A DNA stretch of 34,438 bases, from IMG/VR virus record IMGVR_UViG_3300025759_000031; one strand, 5' to 3'. Under the pieces are notes generated by a model. It was not told the DNA's origin. It worked only from the letters and a program-made list of their open reading frames with translations, and did not search any database. This document shows, in pieces, positions 7,549 through 15,015 of this stretch; position 1 is the stretch's first letter; each line of letters starts with the position of its first letter. A program made the position numbers and the translations under genes. This DNA comes from a virus.

Positions 7549-7698
7549 TTATTTGCCTTTGTGAGTTTTTTGAACTTCAAAGTTAGCAGATTGAGAAGCC
7601 CCCTTATGTGGCTTGTATCCGCCAGAAGGATTTTTCATAAGCTTATAACTATTTCCGCTTTTCATCCAATGATAACCATCAGGAGCTTTAACTTTCAT
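7549..7698 (-). CDS. 49-aa small protein (YHWM...GGYKPHKGAS motif)
   Basis: Hand translation gives MKVKAPDGYHWMKSGNSYKLMKNPSGGYKPHKGASQSANFEVQKTHKGK*. The ATG at 7698 overlaps the end of the QueC-like gene by 11 nt. Confidence 0.45.
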   Translation of the reverse strand: MKVKAPDGYHWMKSGNSYKLMKNPSGGYKPHKGASQSANFEVQKTHKGK

Positions 7699-8392
7699 TG
7701 TCAAACCTTTTAATGTGCTGCTTCATTGCATGTTGCCGCCTACAAGCATGGCACTCGCCACAGGATAAAAATCCGTCTGGCGTTTCACTTGGTCTTCTAC
7801 ACGACCAATACATTTTTTGCAACTGCTCTGGCATAGCGTAATAAACCCCAAGGCTTCTTTCAAGAGGGGTTTTGCTCATATAGTCAAATGGCGCAGCCCA
7901 AACCGGCTTTGATTGTTTATTCATAAACAAAGCACTCATGACGCCATATGCTTCTGCGCTTTCTTCCTTGCTCATGTTGTAATCGCCGGTAAATATAGCG
8001 CATACAGGCTCAGTCATTGTAGATATAACCCTTCCAGCCTGAAACAAAGCTAATGACATGTCCCTTCCCCCAGGATATTTAGCCTTGTAAGAATACAAGC
8101 AAGATGAAAACTCAAACTCTCGTTGGTTATCTTTAAGCCAGTTTATGCTTTTATGAATAGCATTTGCTTCTGCTTTAAATCTACCTTCAGAATTATCTAG
8201 GTGTATTGAGTGTATGTGTACGTTATGCTGTGTATGCTCTAGCAAGCTCCATGCTAACGACACGCTATCCATGCCGCCAGAGTACATAACTATAACCTTT
8301 TCTTTTCGTTTGGTTAAAAGCCTATGATACTTTGCTGCGGTGTCGAGAGATTCTTTTACTTTTAATTTGTAAATACTTTCTAGTTTGTTCAA
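7688..8392 (-). CDS. QueC-like PP-loop ATPase (adenine-nucleotide alpha-hydrolase superfamily)
   Basis: 234 aa with the PP-loop VMYSGGMDSVS near the N-terminus. The C-terminal Cys cluster YWSCRRP...SCGECHACRRQ resembles the QueC zinc site. Confidence 0.7.
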   Translation of the reverse strand: MNKLESIYKLKVKESLDTAAKYHRLLTKRKEKVIVMYSGGMDSVSLAWSLLEHTQHNVHIHSIHLDNSEGRFKAEANAIHKSINWLKDNQREFEFSSCLYSYKAKYPGGRDMSLALFQAGRVISTMTEPVCAIFTGDYNMSKEESAEAYGVMSALFMNKQSKPVWAAPFDYMSKTPLERSLGVYYAMPEQLQKMYWSCRRPSETPDGFLSCGECHACRRQHAMKQHIKRFDNES

Positions 8393-8416
8393 AGCTCACT
8401 CCTAATTGATTGATTG

Positions 8417-8683
8417 TTACCACTTTTTACATGACCAGTACCTAGCTGTTAGCTTGTCTGGTGGGCTTGTATCGCACTTGTGCCTTGCCCTAAACGACTT
8501 TCTTCGTGCTGGCTGATCTTTTTTAATCGTCATTTTTTGATCGCCAAATCGAATCGTTTTGGTTTTATCCCCCTTCTTGGCTACTACCACAAACTTCTTC
8601 GTTGCGTGGTTCGGTGTTCTCTTCGGCTTGTTGTATCCGCTTACGCCCGCGCGTGCCAACTTTGGATCCTTTTTCTTGCTCAT
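8417..8683 (-). CDS. Conserved small basic protein (KPKRTP...RRKSFRARH...ARYWSCKKW)
   Basis: 88 aa. The ATG overlaps the portal stop as ATGA. From memory, the motif pattern recurs in small proteins of marine phages and giant viruses. Confidence 0.65.
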   Translation of the reverse strand: MSKKKDPKLARAGVSGYNKPKRTPNHATKKFVVVAKKGDKTKTIRFGDQKMTIKKDQPARRKSFRARHKCDTSPPDKLTARYWSCKKW

Positions 8684-10707
8684 TGAATTTGCTCTCCAAT
8701 GCCTGCAATCGGACTTGGACTTGCTCCAGCTTGTCGGTTTGGTCTTGGAATGCCTTGTTGATTTGCCCCAGCAGGCTGTTGATTTCTGTTTGCGTCATTA
8801 GCATTAGGTGACTTTCCCTCCAGTTCACGCTCTTTTAAAAGCCTGTCAGCAATCTTAAGCCTGCGCTCAAACTCTTTATCTTCCGAGTCGCCTTCTTTAA
8901 GATTCCTTGTGATTGCATTAATCTTATCAATTTCCAGTTCTTGAGGCGCAATCTGCGCTTCAATCGATATCTTAGCTGCGCGAGCCTGAGACTCTGCGGC
9001 CTGACCATTAAGCGCATTTGTCTGGCTTTGTTGAAACTGCAACTGAGCCTGCTGAGCCATTTCAGCAATTTGCTGCGCCTGTGGGTTAGGCTGAGACGCC
9101 TGCTGCATTGTCGCAATAAGCTCTTCTCGGTTACTAAGATTCATGTTATCGATAATGCTTTGGATTAAAACAGGATACATTGGACTGTCCTGCTTCATAG
9201 TCTGCAATAGCTGAACTAGCTGAGTTACCTCATACTCTCTTGCAATAATTCCAAGAGTGCTGGTTGCAACAAACTTATAATCTGCAACCGGATAGTTTTC
9301 GGGATCAAACTGCATGTATCGATGAGCCGCTTTAGTTACAAACGGCAACAAAAATGACTGCTGAAAGTTAATTAAAGTACGCTTATGACGCTTAATAATA
9401 GCGCCAAGAGACATACTAATCCCAGCAGCAGTTGATTCTCCGTTAACTTGACCCGCGATGCCAGCGGAGTCAACAGCCCCTGTAGCTTGCTGTACCATTT
9501 GCTGAAGACTTGCGGCTTGGGCAAACGTGATTTGGCCCACTTGACCAAAGTTGAAAGGCTGTAAGACTTCACGCGGATCTCCATTGGTTAAAATCATCTT
9601 GCCGGGGCGCACTTCTGGCTTAGCACCCCTTGGAAGCCTTGTTGCATCTACTGCAATCATTGGGTGAATTGTAAGGCTTAACGCATCTATGCGAGCGCGA
9701 AGCTCTGTATCAAGCGCTTTTTGGCTGTTATAGCCTTTTTCACATACACCACGACCCCAAAATCTTCCTGGCACTACATCCCAAGGAAAAGCAACAACAG
9801 GTCTATCACCCATCATGTATGGATTTTTAGATGCTTTAAGTAATGTTCCGCCATTTGCTATAACAACAATAGCCTCAACATACTTTGAGTCTTCTTCAAC
9901 CTCAATATCTTCGGCTTCTAAAAGCTCTCTTGGAACAAGGCCATAATACTTTGTTAATCGAACTTTATCGTCGTTATATATCGTAAAGTCTTGGTCTGGC
10001 TCAAGATCAGAGTCTGGGGCCGCCGATTCGATTGGCCCCTCCATGTAAGCGCCCTGCTCTTGCAGCAACTCAACGGTGTGCTTGCTTACAAACTCATCAA
10101 CTGCCACGCCATAAGCGTCATCAACTGATGTTGCCACGGGATCAATAAGAAAATTTTGCGGAAGTACAGGCTTAAGCTTTACAACAACTCTGTCAGTAAT
10201 ATTTACACCAACCGCCTGAAGGTCGCCACCCATGATCGGCTCAGACGCTGGAGCCATTTCTTTAATTTCCTCAATGACCACTTCGCCAATGCCAGTTCCG
10301 AATACAGCCGAGTTAATAAGACACTCTGCAACAGCCTTTCGCACCATGCAGGCTTCAAAATCTTCTCCAAGCTTTTTGCGTAAATACAAAACATCTTGCT
10401 TTTGACCGTCAGTGAAATCATCAGCAATGTCAAACCACTTTCCACGACCAAAGGTAGCCTCCTCAAGCTCTGCAACATTTGACTCAACCGCCTGTTGCAG
10501 CGCAGGAGCAATAATTCTGGATCTTTCAGATGCTCTTTGAGAGTCCGATGGATCCCACTGACCGCGCCAAAGTCTATAATACTCTTCAAACTTGTCTTCG
10601 TAGTTTGACTCATAGTAATCACGCCAGTTTTCACACTTGGTCATAACCCATTCTGCAAGAGATTCTTGAATCATTATTGGGTCTGGATTGTAAATATCTT
10701 CTGCCAT
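8680..10707 (-). CDS. Portal protein
   Basis: About 675 aa, immediately downstream of TerL: terminase stop TAA, one nt, then ATG MAEDIYNPD at 10707. It has a long Gln/Ala-rich helical C-terminal region like barrel-bearing portals. Confidence 0.8.
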   Translation of the reverse strand: MAEDIYNPDPIMIQESLAEWVMTKCENWRDYYESNYEDKFEEYYRLWRGQWDPSDSQRASERSRIIAPALQQAVESNVAELEEATFGRGKWFDIADDFTDGQKQDVLYLRKKLGEDFEACMVRKAVAECLINSAVFGTGIGEVVIEEIKEMAPASEPIMGGDLQAVGVNITDRVVVKLKPVLPQNFLIDPVATSVDDAYGVAVDEFVSKHTVELLQEQGAYMEGPIESAAPDSDLEPDQDFTIYNDDKVRLTKYYGLVPRELLEAEDIEVEEDSKYVEAIVVIANGGTLLKASKNPYMMGDRPVVAFPWDVVPGRFWGRGVCEKGYNSQKALDTELRARIDALSLTIHPMIAVDATRLPRGAKPEVRPGKMILTNGDPREVLQPFNFGQVGQITFAQAASLQQMVQQATGAVDSAGIAGQVNGESTAAGISMSLGAIIKRHKRTLINFQQSFLLPFVTKAAHRYMQFDPENYPVADYKFVATSTLGIIAREYEVTQLVQLLQTMKQDSPMYPVLIQSIIDNMNLSNREELIATMQQASQPNPQAQQIAEMAQQAQLQFQQSQTNALNGQAAESQARAAKISIEAQIAPQELEIDKINAITRNLKEGDSEDKEFERRLKIADRLLKERELEGKSPNANDANRNQQPAGANQQGIPRPNRQAGASPSPIAGIGEQIQ

Positions 10708-10708
10708 A

Positions 10709-11959
10709 TTAATATCCCGATACCACATCTAAAATTTCGTGGTCGTCAATTTCATACTCGTAATCGTATGCAACTTGAGCCAGCTGGTCTATGTAAGCCA
10801 GCGCATCTACTAAGTCATCATGCGTTAAGGCATCTGGAAACTGAAATAGCTGGTCAAGAAACCGCGTATTCCACTCTCCCTTGCTTAAAGTAACATAACC
10901 ATTTTCAAAACGCCCCTGCAATGCCCACATGACCCTGTCGGTTTTCTTTTTATTTCCATGAGTTAACTCTTCAACACGAAAAAACATACCATATCGTTTC
11001 ATAAGGTCTGTTAACGGGGACATTACTGCTTGTTTTGCTATGCCACGCTCAATTCCTACACTAATAGGGCGATAATCCCTTACAGCCTGAAAGATCTTCA
11101 TTGCTGTTTCATTTAAATCCCAGCGCCCATAAATAATGTTTTCTATAAACCATCCATCTGGGTTTACTTTTGCAACCGCAATAGCGGTTTCATCTAGGTT
11201 AGTGCTTTTTGTGCGCTTCTTGTTAACGTCCTCAAAGCCAGCAAGGTCAACTGCTATATAATAATCACCCTCATCTGGGCAATTACCAAACTTAACCCAG
11301 TCCTCTTTAAACATTTCAGAGCCTCTAGCCTCAAAAGAAGCCATAAACTCCTGCCTAAACGCATAACTTGACATTGATTTCTTTGCAATATCAATCTCAT
11401 TAGGGTCTAGTATAGGATTATCATAGCTTGTAAAGTGCCAGCCCCTATAAGTTTCGTCATCTCCAAGCTCTGAATACTTATAAAGATCGTAAAAGTGGTT
11501 TCGACCCATCGGAGTGCCAATAAAAAGCGCCTCGCCCTTTTGATCTGCTAGTGCTGGGCGCAATATTTGCTCCCAAACATCAGGCTTCATGTCGGCATAC
11601 TCGTCCATTACGAGGTATTTTAAAGACACACCCCGCATTGTTTCGGGTCTATCTGCACCTTTAAGGCTGATTGTTGCTCCATTTACAAGTTTAATCTGTA
11701 GGTTATTAATATGAGAGCCTGATATAACTGGATGACCTAACTCTAGGAGAGTTTGCCACATGATATCCCTGGCCTGCCCCTGAGTTGGGGCCACATAAAA
11801 GACATGACCCCTATCGGCCTGAAGGCCATTAATGATTAACAGCCATGCGGCCAGCCTAGATTTGCCTGTGCGCCTACCTGCGGCAACTACCTTAAAGCGA
11901 GTAGGATCAGAATATACATCCTGCTGCCAAGGCAATAACTCTACATTTAAATCAGACAT
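10709..11959 (-). CDS. terL: Terminase large subunit
   Basis: 416 aa with Walker A VVAAGRRTGKS and Walker B-like LVMDEYAD. The C-terminal nuclease-like region includes AVDLAG and DDLVDAL. Confidence 0.9.
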   Translation of the reverse strand: MSDLNVELLPWQQDVYSDPTRFKVVAAGRRTGKSRLAAWLLIINGLQADRGHVFYVAPTQGQARDIMWQTLLELGHPVISGSHINNLQIKLVNGATISLKGADRPETMRGVSLKYLVMDEYADMKPDVWEQILRPALADQKGEALFIGTPMGRNHFYDLYKYSELGDDETYRGWHFTSYDNPILDPNEIDIAKKSMSSYAFRQEFMASFEARGSEMFKEDWVKFGNCPDEGDYYIAVDLAGFEDVNKKRTKSTNLDETAIAVAKVNPDGWFIENIIYGRWDLNETAMKIFQAVRDYRPISVGIERGIAKQAVMSPLTDLMKRYGMFFRVEELTHGNKKKTDRVMWALQGRFENGYVTLSKGEWNTRFLDQLFQFPDALTHDDLVDALAYIDQLAQVAYDYEYEIDDHEILDVVSGY

Positions 11960-12297
11960 TAGGAAAAGTTTACAAGCGTAGATGGAGCTTCAAGAAGGTC
12001 AAGCGTTACTGCAAACTCAACATCACCTGATGATCCCGTTTGAGCCTTGATCTGTTCTCCCGACTGCATAACAAATATTCCGCTAGAAAACTCTTCCCTG
12101 TCGTTACTGCCAATGTTTTTAGCGTCGAGTAGGTGAAGCTCGTCAGTGCCGTCGTCAAAGTACAGGGTGCAGGCATTTGTTGATCCGCCATTATTAGCCA
12201 CCAGCAAATAACTTACATGAGCAACAAATCCTGCTGGAACTGTTAAAATAACAACCTCTGCCGTGCTGGTAACTGTTGCGTGCCTAGTGTATAGCAT
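11959..12297 (-). CDS. Hypothetical beta-rich protein
   Basis: 112-aa ORF whose start and stop each share a nucleotide with neighbouring genes, in operon register. Confidence 0.55.
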   Translation of the reverse strand: MLYTRHATVTSTAEVVILTVPAGFVAHVSYLLVANNGGSTNACTLYFDDGTDELHLLDAKNIGSNDREEFSSGIFVMQSGEQIKAQTGSSGDVEFAVTLDLLEAPSTLVNFS

Positions 12298-12641
12298 TAT
12301 TGATATGTCCAGACTACGGGCTGACTTGTCCGAGTATCCACATGAATAAACGTCTTGGCTACCCCAATCCCCGTAAATCCCATATTAAAAGCAGTAATTA
12401 GTAGTTTAAAGCGATCTACCCCATTGCTGACGTATATGTCTGCGGCTATACCCTTTGTATGCATGCCTGGGTGCTCTTTCTTAGCTTCAAGGCTGTGGGA
12501 TGGATCGCGGTATCCTGATGTAATCGTAAAGGGAAACTTGCACTCATGCCGTAATTCATCAAGCTTTTCAAGAAACTCAGGGTTCATTTTATTTTCCCCT
12601 GTTTCCTGACAGTTAAACTCTTCAATATTAAAGTACTTCAC
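12297..12641 (-). CDS. Peptidase M15-family endolysin (zinc D-Ala-D-Ala carboxypeptidase / L-Ala-D-Glu peptidase type)
   Basis: 114 aa with FTITSGYRDPSHS...H...GIAADI...FIHVDTR, the H-x-D / SxHxxGxAxD / H pattern of M15 cell-wall peptidases. Confidence 0.8.
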   Translation of the reverse strand: MKYFNIEEFNCQETGENKMNPEFLEKLDELRHECKFPFTITSGYRDPSHSLEAKKEHPGMHTKGIAADIYVSNGVDRFKLLITAFNMGFTGIGVAKTFIHVDTRTSQPVVWTYQ

Positions 12642-13059
12642 CAGAGTCCCCGTCTATTGTGGTCTGGTTAATGGTGGGGCTATCAGATACCTCAGCCATT
12701 CCAACGCCCGTAATGTTAATTTGAATGGCAGATTTACCACCACTTTGTACCACGTCCTTCTCAAATGCGGCTACAGGTAAGATTCTATCCATTACCAGCT
12801 TCCAAGCTGCGGCTTGATTCTTGTGGTCATGGTCAAGTGCCGCATCAAATATAGTATCCAGCACCCTCCTAGACTTGGGGGACGCCAGCATACGAGCCTT
12901 ATACTCGTTAATAATTCCCGCGTCACCCTTGGGCCTGCCTATCTTTCCCCTGCCACGGCGGGAGTTACTAGCTAAGTCTTTTTGTGTTGGCCTGCCCGAT
13001 GATTGGGTTCTTTTTTTTGACTTATCATCTATGGGTACAGGTATCTCTGCATTATCCAT
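12628..13059 (-). CDS. Terminase small subunit candidate
   Basis: 143 aa with a basic N-terminus RRGRGKIGRPKGD, then ...AALDHDHKNQAAAWKLVMDRILP. This pattern resembles small-terminase/DUF5681-type proteins. It lies two genes upstream of TerL. Confidence 0.45.
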   Translation of the reverse strand: MDNAEIPVPIDDKSKKRTQSSGRPTQKDLASNSRRGRGKIGRPKGDAGIINEYKARMLASPKSRRVLDTIFDAALDHDHKNQAAAWKLVMDRILPVAAFEKDVVQSGGKSAIQINITGVGMAEVSDSPTINQTTIDGDSGEVL

Positions 13060-13198
13060 CGTCTTCTTTACTGTCCTTTGCTAGCTCAATAAGCTCGGTT
13101 AAAGATTCCTCAATAGCAGATAAGCTATCCGAAAGCAAAAAAAGGCTGTTGGTCAGCCTTTCTATTTGGTCGTGGATATCAATGTCTTCAACAGGCAT
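13052..13198 (-). CDS. 48-aa acidic helical mini-protein
   Basis: Hand translation gives MPVEDIDIHDQIERLTNSLFLLSDSLSAIEESLTELIELAKDSKEDDG*. Start overlaps the upstream stop as TAATG, and its stop overlaps the next start as ATGGATAA. Confidence 0.4.
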   Translation of the reverse strand: MPVEDIDIHDQIERLTNSLFLLSDSLSAIEESLTELIELAKDSKEDDG

Positions 13199-13395
13199 TA
13201 CTTGCCCATCATAATAATAGAATATCCACCCATACCCTTGGATTCAGTCTCTTCTGGTGTAGCCTTGGCATCATGCATGGTAGAATAACCCGCATCCTGC
13301 ATAGACTTAACCTGCTTCTTAGACTTCTCGCACATTGAATAGTAATCAATAGAGCGATATTCAACGCTATCTCTGGGATCTGGCTTCTCGTTCAT
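13198..13395 (-). CDS. Hypothetical protein
   Basis: 65-aa ORF with an ATGA overlap to the upstream mini-ORF. Confidence 0.5.
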   Translation of the reverse strand: MNEKPDPRDSVEYRSIDYYSMCEKSKKQVKSMQDAGYSTMHDAKATPEETESKGMGGYSIIMMGK

Positions 13396-13559
13396 TTCTT
13401 TTTCTTTCTCCTGGGCTTAGGCACCGCCTCTTGTGGCGTCCTTGGCGGTTGCCGGTCTGGCGGTCTAGGTGGGTTGTAACCCGCCGGTCGCCTAGATCCC
13501 CGCAATCCTGTTCTTGTCCCGCTTCCCCGAACTGTCCTTCCTGATCTTCGTACTGGCAT
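13392..13559 (-). CDS. 55-aa Arg/Pro-rich, extremely basic protein; first gene of the late operon
   Basis: Hand translation gives MPVRRSGRTVRGSGTRTGLRGSRRPAGYNPPRPPDRQPPRTPQEAVPKPRRKKKK*. A strong GAGGAGAG RBS precedes it, and its stop overlaps the next ATG as ATGA. It is GC-richer than its neighbours. Confidence 0.45.
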   Translation of the reverse strand: MPVRRSGRTVRGSGTRTGLRGSRRPAGYNPPRPPDRQPPRTPQEAVPKPRRKKKK

Positions 13560-13750
13560 AAAACTCTCCTCGTTTATTTTAAATAAGGCTTATTAAGCCC
13601 GCCTTACCCCCCCTATCCTATACTAATTCCACATAACCGCAATAGTGGTACTTAGAACAAAATGGAATATACAGCCAAAAGGTTATTCTTAAAGGGTTCC
13701 AGCCTTTTCAGTTTTGCCGTTTTTTGTATCTGGGTGGGAACTATATATTT

Positions 13751-14400
13751 GGCCGCCGCTGCCGTCGCCCCCCCGCCGAGTAAATTCGACCCACCTGTGT
13801 CTGCTGGGTAGTAGTGTTCGATGTGGCATCGAGCCGACTGGAGCCGATCCGCTGAGAGAGCCGAGTGAGAGAGCCGACAAAGCATCCCCAGAGCCGGTTG
13901 GTTACATCTGCATCCCTATCCAGCTGGAGCGCAGCGACTAATACCACCGCCGTCGGCTCCCGCGACTAATCGGGGCGAGCAGAGTGCAGTTCGGCAGCTT
14001 GCCACCTGTCTTCGCCTACCATTCCCATCCGACGGAGGAGCGGGCCGGCCTTCAACCATCATCACGCTTTCGGTCTCCGTTTTCCGTTGGCATTCGACCC
14101 TTGGCGTTGTTCCACGCACCCTCGGCTGTTTCCGACGCCCAAGTACCATAAACGGTCATTTCCTCAGTCGATAGATTTGTACTCGTCGTAGCCTGACATC
14201 CGTAACGAATCCACAGCCCGCACCTGTTCGCAAGGGCCGCGAGAATAACGGTTTCCCGCTGACTCAGTTCCCGCTTCAGCCCGCAAGCGGTCTGGCGTCC
14301 ACAGAGTCACCGTGACCCTCCGCGATTCACGCTCAACTACCCCCTTGCAACCAGGCACAGCCTGTGGAGTTCTACTCCTGTCGGCAACGACACAAATCAA
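13751..14400. ncRNA. GC-rich, ORF-free, helix- and repeat-dense island: candidate large structured ncRNA, structured leader, or origin (strand undetermined)
   Basis: Hand count for 13741..14400 is C~226, G~165 of 660 nt (~59% GC), against 40-48% in spot-checked lines elsewhere. The only ORFs are mutually overlapping 60-80 aa frames with R/P/G/A-rich, non-protein-like translations. Several long-range and local complementarities are listed in the findings. Confidence 0.35.
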
Positions 14401-14418
14401 TCAACTGAGGAAATAACC

Positions 14419-14760
14419 ATGGCACTTAACATCGAAAACAACCAAGGGCTTGCCTTCCACAACACCAAGGGCCTCATGCGCAACGAAAAAGCTCCGACCT
14501 TCAAGGGCGAGATCATGTTTGAAGGCCGACGATTAGAGGTTGTCGTCTGGGAACGGCAGACAAAGACAGGCAACAAGATGCTGTCGATGGCAGTCGAGGA
14601 CGCCCACGCCGCTCAGATCGAGCGAGCCGAGAGGACGCTGAATTACCTTCGCAACAAAAGCGAAGGCGACGAGCCAGAGCGAGGCGACGACATGGTGAAG
14701 GTCGACGAGTCACAGGACGATCACATCAAGCGAACAGCCGCCAAGAAGAAGGTGGCTTGA
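14419..14760 (+). CDS. DUF736-like small protein; first early gene, GC-rich codon usage
   Basis: 113 aa with a GAGGAA RBS. The pattern ...NEKAPTFKGEIMFEGRRLEVVVWERQTKTGNKMLSMAVED resembles DUF736 proteins of alphaproteobacterial conjugative elements, recalled from memory. Third codon positions are mostly G/C, unlike the rest of the genome. Confidence 0.6.
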   Translation: MALNIENNQGLAFHNTKGLMRNEKAPTFKGEIMFEGRRLEVVVWERQTKTGNKMLSMAVEDAHAAQIERAERTLNYLRNKSEGDEPERGDDMVKVDESQDDHIKRTAAKKKVA

Positions 14761-14766
14761 TTAACC

Positions 14767-14790
14767 AGGGGCTTCGGCCCCTTTTTTCTT
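14767..14790 (+). terminator. Rho-independent terminator
   Basis: A-GGGGC-TTCG-GCCCC-T followed by TTTTTCTTT, directly after the 14760 stop. Confidence 0.8.
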
Positions 14791-14806
14791 TCGTAAGGAG
14801 TGAGTT

Positions 14807-14947
14807 ATGGAGACTGTATTTATCTGGTGTTTAAACAAGGATGACGGTGTGCACGTTGTGCAGCCTGAATTGACGACAAAAGATGATGACGTAGCTGATG
14901 ACGACCTGCCGCCACTGTCTTCACTTGGCGAGTTATTGGCAGATTAG
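14807..14947 (+). CDS. 46-aa acidic protein
   Basis: An AAGGAG RBS lies 6 nt upstream. Hand translation gives METVFIWCLNKDDGVHVVQPELTTKDDDVADDDLPPLSSLGELLAD*. Confidence 0.5.
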   Translation: METVFIWCLNKDDGVHVVQPELTTKDDDVADDDLPPLSSLGELLAD

Positions 14948-14957
14948 CTCGCGTTTC

Positions 14958-14984
14958 ATGCCCCCCGCACAAGTGAGGGGGCAT
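14958..14984 (+). other. Stable GC stem-loop without a U-tract
   Basis: ATGCCCCC (14958..14965) pairs with GGGGGCAT (14977..14984) across an 11-nt loop. The following sequence is not T-rich. Confidence 0.5.
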
Positions 14985-15015
14985 TCAACCCTCGCAATTA
15001 TTAAAGGATTTGGTG

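Noticed and set aside
8835-10634. Off-frame minus-strand ORFs within the portal gene (8835..9116, 9372..9584, 10203..10634) and plus-strand ORFs 8941..9168 and 10156..10383.
   Set aside because: They are fully embedded in the well-supported portal frame, have odd composition (Leu/Arg/Ser-rich), and show no start-site signals.
13652-14400. Five ORFs of 63-78 aa in the GC-rich island (13652..13885, 13689..13880, 13714..13941, 13741..13947, 13916..14149, 14164..14400).
   Set aside because: They overlap one another in several frames on both strands, have no RBS, and translate to Arg/Pro/Gly/Ala-rich sequences typical of random GC-rich DNA. The region is treated as non-coding.
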